Positions 48,751-62,021 of a stretch of 64,000 bases of DNA are shown here, one piece after another; the first letter of the stretch is position 1; the number at the start of each line of letters is the position of its first letter. Position numbers and translations under genes: made by a program. The notes under the pieces are model-generated. The model had not been told where the DNA came from and did no database searches. It saw nothing but the letters and a program-made list of their open reading frames with translations. Origin of the DNA: Cetorhinus maximus (taxonomy: Eukaryota); assembly GCF_964194155.1 (NCBI RefSeq), contig NC_135903.1, forward strand, positions 28,520,001 through 28,584,000, read 5' to 3'.

Positions 48751-49039
48751 CAGTACAATACTCTGATCTGTAATCACAGTTATCTTTACAACTCAATCAC
48801 ACACCAAGAATGAAATGCCACAACGGCAGAAGAAAGAAGCTGACAGTGTGAATAGCTTGTGTTAACTCCAAAATAAAGCTTGTTAACTTGGGGCATAAGT
48901 AACAAAGAAGAGAAAACTAGAACCATGTCTAAAAGATCCCAGGTTCAAATGGCATTTGAAAGCCACTTCAACTTCACTTCTGTGGCTTCTGACATTGTCT
49001 GAACTCTATGAATATGTTGTAGCCTTGTAATGCTTTCAT

Positions 49040-49415
49040 GGCCATCTGTTTTTGCATGTATAATGCTCCTCAAAATTTTCTCTCTTCCTTTTAAGTTGCA
49101 AATATGCCTTCCTTCATGTTTCCCCTTCTCCTACAATTGTAGCTTATTGTGCATCCCTAATTTTCATCATTCCATCATTGGCGGCTGTACCTTCAGCGGC
49201 CTAGGCTCCAAGCACTGGAATTCCCCCTCCGTCTCTCCATCTCTCTCTCTCCCTCCCTTTCAAGATGTTACTTAAAAGCAGCTACTTTGACTAAGATTTG
49301 GTCACCTGTTCCAGTATTTCCTTATGTGGCTTTGTGTCAAATCATGTTTGATAATGGTCCTGTGCAGTGCCTATGAATGGCTTACCAAGCTATATAAATG
49401 TAATTGTTGCTGTTT
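49040..49415 (+). mobile_element. L2-clade LINE 3' end
   Basis: IGGCTFSGLGSKHWNSP (G.RAFS..AP.LWNSLP motif); tail gctatataaatgtaattgttgctgt. Confidence 0.75.
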
Positions 49416-50644
49416 TGTACTGAGATGGAAACTCAACACAGCCTCTAGTACTCATTCTTTGCTAGGATCCCAATTGCAACTCCTTATGTGATTCCTTCCC
49501 CCTGCAAACATCAAGCTGTGAAAAGTCAAGTTCGGTTTCAGCTGACACTATTTTCCTAACTTTTCTCATTGTCTTATTTTGTTTTGGTTTCACCCTGCAC
49601 CACAGACTTTCCTTCATCTTGGTTTATCAATGTAGATATTGTGCCTCTACAAACCATCTCATAGTATAATACAATAGATATAAAAAATATATATATATTT
49701 TAACCTTTTTAACCAAACAAAGCTTTTTCAACCTATGTAGTAGATAATCATGCTGAGGAGAATATCAATAACTAATCCTTCAAATTGAATGCTACCTAAA
49801 TGACATGTTCTCTGAGGTCAAAGATTATTTTAACCTGACATATTGGACTTAAAGCTAGTGTTTATTAATATCATTGTTTAGGCTCTATCACATGAAATCA
49901 CTGATAACCATGTTATTGGGGTTAACAACTCTTAAAAGGGATGTTTTTTTCCAAATGTTCTGAAGGTCTTATTGCTGGTTCTTGAAGCAACTTAGAATAT
50001 CAAGTTAGAAGCTTTCTGACAGATGACATGAAACCTTAGATAGGGCCGAGGGTTGTCTAGTTATCAATGCCTAGCACCACTGTCATGCTGGATTGCTTAC
50101 AAGTGCTCTGTGATATCCTTAATGGATTTTTTTTTTTATTGTAGTTGTTCCTGGGTTGATCTATTACTGCTTTTTATAATTGCATCACTTAAGGTCAAGA
50201 GGTTTTGAGTTTGGAAGTATTCCGTTTGCTGACTATGCATGAATTCTGGGTTGATGTGTAGTTGCTGAAGGGGACATTTTGGATTGATGAAAATCTGCTG
50301 TTTATTTCATATTAGGATATTAATTGCTGATTTTTTACAGCTCATTTGTGAGAACATGAGCAGAAATCTTGCATTAAAAAATCCATTTGGCTCACTGAAG
50401 CTCATTACAAACTCTCCCAATCTAGAATCCAACAGCATTATGAATGTCTATCTTGATGGAGAGTAGGAGAGACCAATCAGAGAGCTTAATCTGAGCTTAT
50501 CTCCTGACAGCAGTCAAGCAAAACAACAGAGGACTGAGAACAGATGACTTGTTGGCTTCTTTATTTGAGAGTGACAGATAGCAGGTAACTATATCTAAAA
50601 TGGTCTTAAAAAAATAAGGAAAATAACTTAATTGCATGGAATTT

Positions 50645-51290
50645 TTCCCTTTCTGGTTTTGGCACAGTTGACCACACCAACCTCTTCCCTCACTTCACCT
50701 CTGTTGTCTAGCTACCCTTGCTTGGTTGCGTTAATTGAGCATAACTAGAGCATATATAGTTGCTTCTCTTCCCTCCCCACATTGTTGCCTCGGGAGGCGG
50801 TGGCGTAGTGGTATTGTCACTAGACCGGTAATCCAGAAACCCAGGGGTGGTAATGCTCTGGGGACCTAGGTTCGTATCCCACTACGGCAGATACTTGAAT
50901 TTGAATCCAATAAAAATCTGGAATTAAAAGTCTAATGATGAAAGTCTAATGATGACTGTGAAACCATTGACAATTGTCATAAAAACCGACCTGGTTCACT
51001 AATGTCCGTTTCCTTCCATTAGGGAAGCAAATCTGCCGTCCTTACCAGATCTGACCTACATGTGACTCCAGACCCACAGCAATGTGGTTGACTCTTAAAA
51101 TGCCCTCTGAACAAGGGCAATTAGGGATGAGCAATAAATGCTGGCATAATGTGCCAGCGATGCCATTATCCCATGAACAAATAATTTTTTTAAAAAATTT
51201 GTCATCTGTTCCATTGCCCACAAGTCTGGAGTCAACTTCAACACGTAGGCTGATAATTGCTCTGCTCTCAATCCTTTCACTCTCTCCGTG
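50645..51290 (+). mobile_element. L2 RT fragment split by a SINE
   Basis: ttttggcacagttgaccac (F.TVDH) left of the SINE; ggagtcaacttcaacacgtaggctgataat (GVNF..*ADN, decayed YADD) right of it. Confidence 0.55.
50792..51195 (+). mobile_element. Full-length tRNA-derived SINE with LINE-derived tail
   Basis: A box tggcgtagtgg (50801), B box ggttcgtatcc (50869), body shared with 13490-13790 and 60095-60490, tail gggcaattagggatgagcaataaatgctggc. Confidence 0.88.
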
Positions 51291-52103
51291 CCAAGGTACT
51301 GCTTGTTCAACACCTTGTCTTGGATGAGCCAGAATTTCCCCCAGCCAAGCATTGGGAAAATCAAAGCTTTGATCCCTGTCACAAACTCTATGCCACTCCC
51401 GGCCACTGTCTCAGGCTGATCCAGACTGTTTACAAGCTTGTTATTGAGACTTGCTGGGATACAGGTGATCACAAGATAATTGTGGATGAGGGTGGACCAA
51501 TGAGCCATCCACAATGACCATAAAGTCAGTCCAATTGGTTCTTTAATGATTCCAGCGTTTTCACATTCATTTCTCTATCTGGGAGATTATTCCATATGTT
51601 AATCACCTTTTGCAGCTCCACATGCAGTGTGTCACTACCTCAGACGTGTGACCAATCAGCGAAAGTCAGCAGTTAATTGTGTCATTTAAATATCCTTAAT
51701 GAGGGCTAAATTCTAACTAACACACACGGGTGATAGAGAGCGACAACCACTGAAATCAACAAATGCTCATTGTGGCATCTGGGCTTTTTCTTCTGGTCAG
51801 TGTAATTGAATATGTATGACTGTTCTTGTGGTATCTCACAGCAGCTCTGAGTTCAAAATGTGCTCGCTCTCTCTCTCTCTCTGATATTGTAAGTAACTGG
51901 AAAATGCAGCTGAATTTTACATAGGTTTACATCAGGGCTGCAATTTTAATTATACCACTCCTACTGGGATGTACGCTGCTTAGCTTATTAGGTGTGTAAA
52001 AACAATGATGTCTCTAAGGCCCGTTTCCTCTAGTTAATGTGCCTCTGGTTAATGGTTTCCCAGCCAACTCTGGTCCTTCGCCTCTAATATGTCGTCTTTA
52101 GAT

Positions 52104-52515
52104 GTCAGCATTGGCTCAGTGGTAGCAAACTCAGCTAGAGACTTGAGCACATAATCCAGGCTGATGATTCTGTGCTGTACTGAAGGGTGTGCTGCACAGT
52201 TGGAGGGTGCTGTCTTTCGGATGGGATGTTGAACCGAAGCTCTGTCTACCCTATTGCATAAAAGATCTCTCAGCACTACTTGAAGAGGAGCAGGGGAGGG
52301 TTCCTGGTGTCCTTAATAACATTATCCCTCACCTAAAATTTTACAAAGCAGGCAATCTGGTCATTTATTTCATTGCTGTTCGTGGGAGCTCGCTATCCGT
52401 AAATTACCTACTGCGTTTCCTACACTAAAACAGTGACTTCAATTAAAAAACAATTAATTGGGTTTAAAGTGCTTTGGGAAGTTCCGAGGTCGTGAAATGT
52501 GCTTTATCAGTGGAA
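52104..52515 (+). mobile_element. Deu-domain SINE (SacSINE1/AmnSINE1-like)
   Basis: tRNA-like head tggctcagtggtagca; Deu core gtctttcggatgggatgttgaaccgaag; L2-like tail aagtgctttggga..gaggtcgtgaaa.gtgct; tail end displaced to ~52612-52627. Confidence 0.75.
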
Positions 52516-52611
52516 AGAGCAAGAGAGTGCAACTAATCGAGTAGCTCTTTCAAACAGTTGGCACAGCTGCATTGGACTGAATGGCTTCCTTCTATGCTGT
52601 ATTATTCTATG
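52516..52611 (+). mobile_element. CR1 3' tail inserted in the SINE tail
   Basis: tagctctttcaaacagttggcacag..ggactgaatggcttccttctatgctgt..ttctatg. Confidence 0.7.
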
Positions 52612-53888
52612 AAGTCTTTTCTTTTTGCCTTAATTGGGGAGATGTCATAGTTTATCTCAGGAGAGTAGGAAGTGTTCTTATGAAATTTGTGAACCTGTTC
52701 TAAGGCACTAAGGTGCCTTTATTCAACGTTCTATCAGAAAATTATTCCAAAGACCAATTGTATTGTAAACTAATTTGTTTCATACGAGTTTCAACTGTAG
52801 CTAAAATGAATGGGCACAGAAATGGATTTTCTTTAGGTTATAGTAAACAAATTCCTTGTTTATTTTTGACTGTTCTCTGGAGTATATATTAAGTACTGTT
52901 TTTTCTGTACAACTACTGTCACTTTTTAAAATTAGAACACATCAACAAATATTTTAAGAGAATTTCCCAAATCTAGTTCCACACCAAGAACAGTTTGTTA
53001 TATTGCACCATTCAGCTTGTTTGTCTTTTCCATTCAGTGGATGCAGAATTCAACAATTGTGCCATGAAATTCTGCTGTGCAATGTTAGCAATTCAAATGT
53101 TAACATGTGCATTTGACATTTCTCTGCCGCTTTAACACGGGTTTTCACCTGTTCAAATTAAATGTGCAATTGTGGAATTAGGAATTCCATGTAGACACAC
53201 AAACATTTGTTACCAATATTGTACAGCACAGTTTCAAGGGATTGATATAAAAAGAAAATTAAACTTAAATGACCTTCTCTGCACACAGATCAAACTGAAC
53301 TTGTTTTGCATTTTGATGGTATAGATACGCTTACGCTGAATAAAATAGTCAGTGATCCTGATCAGGGAACCAGTGACTTACAGAAAAGAAACACAAAGTG
53401 GTGTCTACTGCATAATTCATGAAGTCACATGCTGCATCATTGCTGTCATGATGTGATTATATTAGTGTCCTTTTTCAATGTAAGTCATGGCCACGTGTTT
53501 TGCACAATGCTACTGCTGTGATAATTAGGGAAGTGGTTAGTGTAGAACAGAGGTGGGTGCATGCCCCCAAACTGGTTCTAGCCAATACACTTGACAAATT
53601 CACGTCAAAAATGGGCCTCTTCATGTTGTTGAGAATTGCTTCCATATGACTAACCCACCACCTGTCTGCCTGTTCACTTTTAGGTTGGTACTGCGTTGCC
53701 CTCAAAACACACATTATTTATGAAGATGTTAGCAACTGCCTGGGATACCAAACTCCTCCTGTGTCCCCAGAACAGCTCCCTCCCATGTAAGAGCATTGAA
53801 AATTAACTTCTAGGCTGTTTATCGTGCCAGTATTTACCCTGAGCTGACCTTTGAACCGTTATGTGGAACGGTATGGGTGTGTTTTGTT

Positions 53889-53889
<1 letters not shown>

Positions 53890-53919
<30 letters not shown>
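53890..53919. repeat. (AC)n microsatellite
   Basis: Direct reading. Confidence 0.95.
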
Positions 53920-53920
<1 letters not shown>

Positions 53921-54086
53921 CTGTGTGCCCTCCAGCTTCTGTGAGTGAAGGAACGTTGATAAAGGCCAGTGGTTATTCCATGTTTTACATGCTATCTCTC
54001 TAAAGTTGCAACAGCTTAACATTTAGATTTGTTCCGTGCCTTCGGTGACTCAGTAATGGGATGTATACAAAGGTGTGTACGCTTAC

Positions 54087-54462
54087 TTTGGGCATCCTTA
54101 ATGTCACTGAACTTCTTCCCGACTGGCTTCCAGATTTTGTCATTTGTCATGTCACAGGAGGATGGCTTACATCTCAAGTTAGGGCCACCCTTCTTTGCTG
54201 CACATCTTGCAGCAAGGCCACAACAGCCTGTCCATGGAGCTGCTACTTTACTGTGTTCTGCACTGTGCTACATGTCTTCCTCCTTGTGTCCTGTTTTCAC
54301 ACAGAGAACACATATGGGGATAAGTTGCAGGTGGCCTTGCCTCATGGAATTTGTAAGGAGAATCCAGTTCCTGCTGATCAGATATTTGAAGCTATCCTGT
54401 CGTCATTTGTATCTGAGCAGACACTGAATGTAGGCAGTTATCTAAGGATTGAAATTCAGCGC
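54087..54462 (-). pseudogene. Second, older Harbinger-type Myb/SANT first-exon remnant with terminal motif
   Basis: Minus strand gives AVVALLQDVQQRRVAL and KIWKPVGKKFSDIK followed by donor gtaagc (54086-54081); gctgaattt terminal motif at ~54460. Confidence 0.5.
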
Positions 54463-55241
54463 TAACATATTAGTGTCGACTCCATCCTTTCTTCACAACC
54501 AAGTTGTTTCCTCTATTTTCACCTTTCTTTAGGCCCCAACCTTGTATTTCTGATTGCCACACATTCAATCAGGTTTATGTGCTTAATGCTTCCCATGGCT
54601 TAAGCAGAGTTTTCATCAGAAGCAGAAAGATTATAACTTTCTTATGACCTTTTCAATCTACTTATAGTTTCTTCTTTCTATTCTGGAAGACTTTGTGAAC
54701 TTTTGAATGAACTGCTTGTTCTGCTGCTTTCAATAGGATATCTTTCAAAAGGTGCAACACAGAAACCAGAAAAAGCTCCTTTTCATTTCTCTGGAAATGC
54801 TGTTAATTAATGTGATTTGTGGTGGGTTTCGCCACAGAGCAAGCCATAGATAGTGGGCAAACTAAGGATTGCGCTGCACACTGCTGTATCTTTGAATTTC
54901 TTTGTCTAATCATATCATTGCTTTGCTCAGAAGCATTTCCATGATGTGCTCATGTTTAATAAGTTATGGAATGTTGAAATTTTACAATCCAAACTGCTTT
55001 CTACACAAATACCTAATTGAAAGCAGGGCCGAAAGAGAAGAGAGCCCCAAGGACAGTTGGTGTCTGAAGAATTGCCAAGCAATGGTAATATGGATGAGAT
55101 GGATTCATAAACTTAATGTTAAACTTACCAGAAGGAGTGGAGATGATGAGTAACGCACTTGGTCCACCAGCTGGTATATTTGAGTCACTCATTTTTCTCA
55201 TCCGTTTTTTCTTCTCTATACATATCTGGATCTCACTCAGT

Positions 55242-56481
55242 GGGATTGATTCTTAACCCACCCTGCCTGGAATTTAAAGGTGATGGGGTGTTAAAATGGT
55301 GCTTTCTGCCTTACCGCTCTTTCCCTCTCACCTCATTGGCTGCTGCTCACTGCGATTTGGGTGCCAGAGCAACCCATTGGAAGGAGTCGAGAGCCTCATG
55401 AATGATTTTTTTTTATTATTATTTGTTCATGGGTATGGGCATCGCTGGTTAGGTCAGCATTATTGCCCTTAAGAAGTGCTGAGCTGGCTTCTTGAACCGC
55501 TGCAGTCCATGTGTTATGGGAACACCCACAGTGCTGTTATGGAGGGTGTTCCAGGATTTTGACCCAGCAACAGTGAAGGAACGGCGATATGTTTCCAAGT
55601 CAGGATGGTGAGTGACTCGGAGGGGAAATTGCAGGTGGTGGTGTTCCTACGCATCTGCTGCCCTTGCCCTTCTAGATGTTGGAGATCATGGGTTTGGAAG
55701 GTGCTGTCAGAGGACTCTTGGTGAGTTGCTGCAGTGCATCTTGCAAATGGTACAAGCTCCTGCCATTGTGCGTTGGTAGTGGAGGGAGTAATTGTTTAAG
55801 GTGGTGGATGGTGTGTTGATCAAGCAGACTGCTTTATCCTGGATGGTGTCAAGCTTTTTGAGTGTTTATTGGACCAGCACTCACCCAGGCAAGTGGAGAG
55901 TATTCCATCAGTATTCCATCACACTCCTGACTTGTGCCTTGTAGATGGTGGAGAGTGTTTGGGGAATCAGGAGGTGAGTTGCCAGCCTCTGACCTGTTCT
56001 TGTAGGAATAGTATTTATATGGCTGGCCCAGCTCAGTTTCTGGTCAATGGTAACCCCCAGGATGTTGAATGTAAATCGGAGTCCTATTTATATCTGTAGG
56101 ATTGTATTTAACCTGGCCTGAGTGGAGAAGCTGGCATAGCTTTCTTGCTGGGTAAAAGCAACTGCTGGGAAGGAGGGGGAGGGAGCAAGTGTGTTCCTGT
56201 GCACCCACCTGCAAGGAAAGTCATGGACTCCCCTGTGGTGAAGCTCTCCGCCACCCCCACCCCCGATCCTTATACCCACTCATGCGACACCCACTTCCAT
56301 TGACCTCCTTCCTTCTGGTGAACCTTCCAGCGGTGCCAACCAGCATCTCCAGCCTCCTGAACTACTTCTGCTGTCACCCACCTGCCTGCTGCTGCTTTCC
56401 ATCCTGAGAAATACCTCGAGCCTAAAGCTTAGACCTAACAATGCATTTTGCATTTGTCCTACTTGGGGTTAAAATTGATCC
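55242..56481. mobile_element. Putative TIR element hosting a LINE insertion
   Basis: Imperfect inverted ends gggattgattcttaaccc (55242) and ggggttaaaattgatcc (56465-56481). Confidence 0.35.
55405..56065 (-). mobile_element. CR1/L2-group LINE 3' fragment
   Basis: Reverse complement of the 57135-57669 family; T-tail at 55406; possible TSD tgaatg 55399-55404 / 56066-56071. Confidence 0.88.
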
Positions 56482-57134
56482 TTCGGAGTCTTTGGTTGGT
56501 TGAACTCATCATCTTTAGCTAGCTGATGCTATAAGTTGATGACGAGCCCCCTGCTGTCTTCATTCATTGTTGCCATCCTTGATTTTCAGGTGTAAGTGTG
56601 TGACATTTTAAGCCAAGAAGTAAATCTTTGGATTTTGCTCGCTACCAAACACTTCAAACATTAATACTTTCCACTGCTGTCAGAATTCTGTGCCATTTTC
56701 TGGTTTTTTTTGTTGTCCTGCTGAGTAGTGGTCAAATCATGCAGTTGGCTTCCAGGTGCTTCTGATTTTTCTGCTGCAAAAAAATTAATGATGTCAGCAA
56801 GAGTTATTGTGTACCAGACAAATGACTTTTTTTTTAGCTGAGAACCTGTTGCAAATCTGCCTTCGACCCAGACTAACACATCCAGTGGCTTTGGATGTGA
56901 GGTGGTGTGTTCCATCACACTCCTGACGTGCTTTGTAGGTAGCCAGGGTTCACTAATCCAATGGAGCAATCACTGGCCAGGCTGGGGAGACAGAGTGAGA
57001 AGGTCATTCCACAGTTGGGATGGAATGACTGAAACCCTGGAGAGGAAGAAGTGATGGTTGGCTGCATGGGAAAAATTGATGGGCAGTTTGAGACAATTAG
57101 CTAACTGGGGGGTGGGGGCGGACTAAAAATGTCA

Positions 57135-57669
57135 CCATCTATAAGGCACAAGTCGGGAGTGTGACAGAATACTCCCCACTTGCCTGGATGTGCATCTCCA
57201 ATTACACTCCTGAAGTGTGACACCATTCAGGACAATGCAGTTTGGTTGATTGGCACTCCATCCACAAACATTCACTCCCACCACCACTGACGCACGGTGG
57301 CAACAGTGTATGCCACCTACAAGATGCACTGCAGAAACTCACCAATGCTCCTTAGGCAGCACCTTCCAAACCCACGACCACTCTATTTAGAAGGTCAAGG
57401 GTGGCACACACATGGGAACACCACCACCTGGAAGTACCCCTCCAAGCCACTCACCATCCTGACTTGGAAATATGTCACTGTTCCTTCACTGTCACCGGGT
57501 CAAAATCCTGGAATTCCCTCCCCAACAGCACTGTGGGTGTACCTACATCACATGGGCTGCAGTGGTTCAAGATGGTAGCTCACCACCATCACCTCCAGGG
57601 CAATTAGGAATGGGCAATAAATGCTGGCCTAGCCAGCGACACCCACATCCCATGAATGAATAAAAAAAA
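57135..57669 (+). mobile_element. CR1/L2-group LINE 3' fragment
   Basis: TIYKAQV..EYSPLAWM; VATVYATYKMHCRNSP; SFTVTGSKSWNSLPNSTVG..LQWFKMVAHHHHLQGN*; A-tail. Confidence 0.9.
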
Positions 57670-58409
57670 TTATAGCATTTCACTGCTGGGCAGTGGGGTA
57701 GTCACAGCGAAATGGCTTCTATCCTGCTCCACTGGTATATCTTCGTCCCAGCCTCAAACAGCATCCTCTGCATTGGTGTCAAGTTTCATTCCAGTGGCCT
57801 TTGCCATTAACAAAGCATGGACAATTTTGCAGTGAACTAAGGAACTGACTTGATACTTCACTGGGCACTTTGTACTTGGGCCTCAAATTAGGCCACCCAG
57901 CACTGAAGGGTGTCCTAAGCCTCCAGCATGGCAGGCAGGATACACGCTCACATCTCCAAATGGAAATGCACAACCTGCATTATTGTATAAGGTGATTAGA
58001 TTGGTATCCAGAGGACAGAGAACATTAAAAGGTAGAAATCATTTAATTAAATTTGGGTCCTTTTTGCTTTAAGCAGGACTTGTCCTTGATTTTCGGACAG
58101 CCCGATACTGGCAGGGCAGACCCTATACTTAACTCAACGTGGAGCCAAGAGGGTACCACACCTGACCTCATGTAAAATAACGTTGGCTGCCTGGGCCTTT
58201 CATATCCCTGCAGCCCCGCCCGTGCCCACCCACACTTGTTAGCTAATTGTCTCAAACTGCCCATCAGTTTTCCCCATGCAGCCAACCATCACTTCTTCCT
58301 CTCCAAGCCTTCAGTCATTCCATCCCAACTATGGATCGACTTTCTCCACTCCATCCCCCTAACCCTGGCCAATGATTGCTCCATTGGGATAGTGAACACT
58401 AATCACCCA

Positions 58410-58976
58410 TTACTTCAGTTGTACAGTGCATTAGTGAGACCACATCTGGAGTATTGTGTACAGCATTGGTCTTATTATTTAAAGAAAGATGTAAATGCAT
58501 TAGAAGCAGTCAAAGAAAGTTTACTAGACTAATACCAGGGATAGGCGGGTGGTCCTATGAGGAAAGACTGGACAGATTAGGCTTGAATCCACTGGAATTT
58601 GGAAGAGTAAGAGGTGACTTAATTGAAACCTTTAAGGTCCTGAGGGGCCTTGACAGGGTGGATGTGGAGAGGATATTTCCTCTTGTGGGTCACTGTTTAA
58701 AAATAAGGGGTCACCCATTTAAAACAGAGATGAGGAGAAATTTTTTCTCTGAAGGTTGAGTCTTTGGAACTCGCTCCCTCAAAAGGCGGTGGAAGCAGAG
58801 TCTTTGAATATTTAAGGCAGAGTTAGATAGATTCTTGATTAACAAGGGGGTGAAAGGTTGTCGGGGGTAAGCAGGAACGTGGGGTTGAGGTTGCATTCGG
58901 ATCAGCCATGATCTTATTGAATGGCGGAGCAGGCTCAAGGGGCCGAGTGGCCTGCTCCTCATAATTTGTATGTTCA
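58410..58976 (+). mobile_element. CR1 LINE 3' fragment
   Basis: [20 protein letters not shown]; [29 protein letters not shown]; canonical 3' UTR. Confidence 0.93.
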
Positions 58977-59388
58977 TTGCACCTCGCTCCCTTTGTCACC
59001 TCCCTCCCTCACTTACGTGAGGATCACTGTTAGCGGTTCAGCTCCTGCTCTCCTCAGCTTGTTTTCTTCATGAAAACAAGATTGATTCATCCAGTATTGG
59101 GTGCGCCCCATGCCTCGCCATTCAGCTGCAAGGTTTCTATCCTGCATGTTCTGTGTGCCCAAAAAATGGAACACCCAAATTTCTAGGCCGCAGAACCATT
59201 CAGAGTTTCGTTCAATATCGAAAGGCTGGATTGGAGCCCTGGAGGATATAAACAGTTCTACAACTTGTCTGATATTGCATTGATTTTAATGACAAATCTG
59301 ATACACACTCATCAATGGGGATGTTATGATTCTGTTTTTGATATTTTCCAAACTTGTGATTATCTCCTGGCGGTTCACAGAAGATTAC

Positions 59389-59900
59389 GGGCAGAATATT
59401 GCTGTTGGCGAGTGGGGGCGGGCCCGACACGCCAACACATAAAATAACGTGAGATGATGTCGGGCATGCGTCCCGACGCCATCACGCGTCATTTCGATAT
59501 TGCGTTCGGCGGGCGCACGCCGGAGGCAGCTGCGTGCCTGTCGAATTGTCAATGGCCATTAAGAAAGTAATTTACCTTATTAACAACACTGCTCGTCCAA
59601 CCTTAAGGCCGGCGGGCAGGCGAAAAGCCCAAGCAGCCTTCGCGTTTTCCAGGAAACCTCATCCACAGGCGGGATGAGGTTTCCTGAAGGTTTTATAAAA
59701 TTAATAAATAAGTTTGGTAAACTTTACAAACATGTCCCAGCTCATGTGACACATTTAAATAATTTTTTACTTTATTTAAAAAAAAAACTTTTTATTATCT
59801 ACTTAATCCCCCTGAGGCAGTGCACGAAAGAGCGCAGGCCCTGACTCTCCCCCCTCCCCCCCACCGCACAGGTAGAGTTGAGTGCTACCAGCCACGCATT
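59389..59900. mobile_element. CpG-rich Harbinger-like MITE, one end, with three internal hairpins
   Basis: Starts gggcagaatatt (TIR-like); hairpins at ~59441-59495, 59506-59545, 59650-59686. Confidence 0.55.
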
Positions 59901-60094
59901 ACCAATGCATGGGTGGGCTGTGGGGTTGGGGAAATTGTAGAGCCATGTGATGAAACCTCCACAATTCATCTAGCCAGGGTTGGCAACCCAGTTCTGCAAA
60001 GTTAGACAAGGAACAGAATGTCAGGAGCAGCACACCACACTCAATGATATCCTTATGTTTAATTCTAGTCGCCAAACCACAAATATATATACAC

Positions 60095-60492
60095 ATGTGG
60101 CCCAGACTAAATCTCCAGAGACATGAGTTCAAATCCCACTCCAACAGCTAGGGCAATTTAAATTCGATTCATTAATAAATCTGTAACAAAACACTAGTTT
60201 CACTAATAATGTTCATAAAACTACTAGATGGTTATAAAAATCCATTTTGTTTACTCATGACCTTCAGGAAATCTAAATGTGACTCCAATGTGGTTGCCCT
60301 TTTAATAATCCTCTGAAATTGTGTAGCAAACCACTCTATTCTATCAAACCACTACAGGAAGAAAAAGCACTTTGGGTGTACCTGCCACATGGACTGCAGA
60401 GGTTCAAGAAGGCGGCTTTTCACCACCTGTTAGGGATGGGCAATAAATGCTAGCTTTGCCGACAACCGTATCCCAAGAACAAATAAAAAAAA
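60095..60492 (+). mobile_element. Older SINE copy with longer LINE-derived tail
   Basis: B-box gagttcaaatccc; body like 50792; tail ggactgcagaggttcaagaaggcggc..caccacc..tagggatgggcaataaatgc plus A-run. Confidence 0.7.
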
Positions 60493-60812
60493 TACATTGA
60501 TATACGTTGGAGAGGCTGCAGTGAAAAGGGAATTAAGCCCATTTCAAGGGTAAATTCAAAAGGAAAGATAAGAGGAGTTCGAGCTCTACAGAGAAAAGGA
60601 AGGTTAAGGACTATCTTACTGTGGCTTACATTATAGCAAATGGTAGAAGCAAGATGAACCAACAAGCTGAGCCCCGAACATTGCAAGTAGATAGGAAGGG
60701 AAGAACGAAAATATACAAAATGAATGGAAAGCAAATCCAGGACAGGGACTGAACTAGGAAGAGCATTTTTCCTGAGTGATAAATGCTTGGGATAACATTC
60801 CATGCAGGGATA

Positions 60813-62021
60813 TGTTATGAATGGCTCCCGGGCGAGGTTCCCCCAATTTATGATCCTGGACGAGGTATCCCAAATGATTATGCTCTCGGGTGCGGAGGAA
60901 TGAACTGGCTTCCCTTCTTTATTCAACCCTCTCAGTTGGTCGCAACAAGGTTAATTTAAAAAGGGATCCCTTCCCCCATGGATACCTTTTCCCAGTCCAA
61001 ATGTATTTATGTTTTAAAAGTAGCCAATTTAACCAGGCTGCCTTGAGTCAAAGAGTGAGTTTATTAGTTACTAAAATGTGAGGAAAAAAATAATAAAGAC
61101 GTAACACAGGTGTACACAGATTAGAAATGAGAAGTGAGTCTAGAGGTAAAGGTTTAAAAAAAATATGAATCAGTCTTCAGCTTATCTGTGAGGAGTAGAT
61201 GGTGAAATGTTGCGGCCGTTGAGTTGGATGATTCCGGTAGAGCTGACCACCAAGAGATTTTAAAAATTAAATTAAAATATTTCTTAACAAAATATAAAAG
61301 ATTTCAAGCACATACACAAGACTACAATTACTACTATAATAACTCCTAGAATTCCTAATTAACCTGACTCCTTTTTACACTCCCTTTAAGGCAACGGTCC
61401 AAAATAGATTTTAGATTTAAAACAGACTCAGCAAGTTAACACAATACCCTGAACAGTGGAATTCCAAATGGCTTTTTTCCAGCTTCAGTTCCATTAGACA
61501 GCAGATTTATGCACAAATGTCGGAGGCTTCATTAAGGCTTTTCTTACACACCTGTTAGATCTTACATGGCCTCCTGACACACAATCTTTCACTCTCCTTT
61601 ATATATGTTTCTCTCTTTTTTAATATGTAAATTCTATTGTCCCATATGTCTTTGAAACTGTATTTTCCTCACAATATAAAAGCTTTCATGTTGCTGCAAT
61701 TTCCAGTAACCTTTGGGAAAAATAAACACATTCCTTAGCCTTGCTTATCAGGCTAATTGTAAACAGACTGAGATCCCTTTGAAATCCAAATATCCCTTCA
61801 TTTATCTAAAAATGCAAATTCCCTTCACACCTTGCATGCTAAACCAGCATCTATGTTTACTCATTAGCACATCAAGTACCTAGCTTCTTTTGATGATTTA
61901 AAGCTTGCAGTCTACTTGACTCCAAATGTAATTAAATCTCACAGACCCAATTATACTCACCCCCATAAACCTACTTCACAATAAACCAGAAAAATATTAT
62001 GAAAATTATACTTTCACGACA
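60813..62021 (-). mobile_element. Possible LTR-derived sequence (perhaps two truncated LTRs joined near 61240)
   Basis: Begins tgttatga, ends tcacgaca; no TSD; composition shift near 61240. Confidence 0.3.

Noticed and set aside
50792-50890. tRNA gene
   Set aside because: A and B boxes present but no cloverleaf; it continues into a multi-copy SINE body.
55026-55110. Short exon-like frame GRKRREPQGQLVSEELPSNGNMDEMDS*
   Set aside because: No pyrimidine tract before the AG, no homology recognised, too short to distinguish from chance.
57680-58030. Possible HARBI1-type nuclease remnant
   Set aside because: No DDE motifs recovered in the minus-strand frames I translated.
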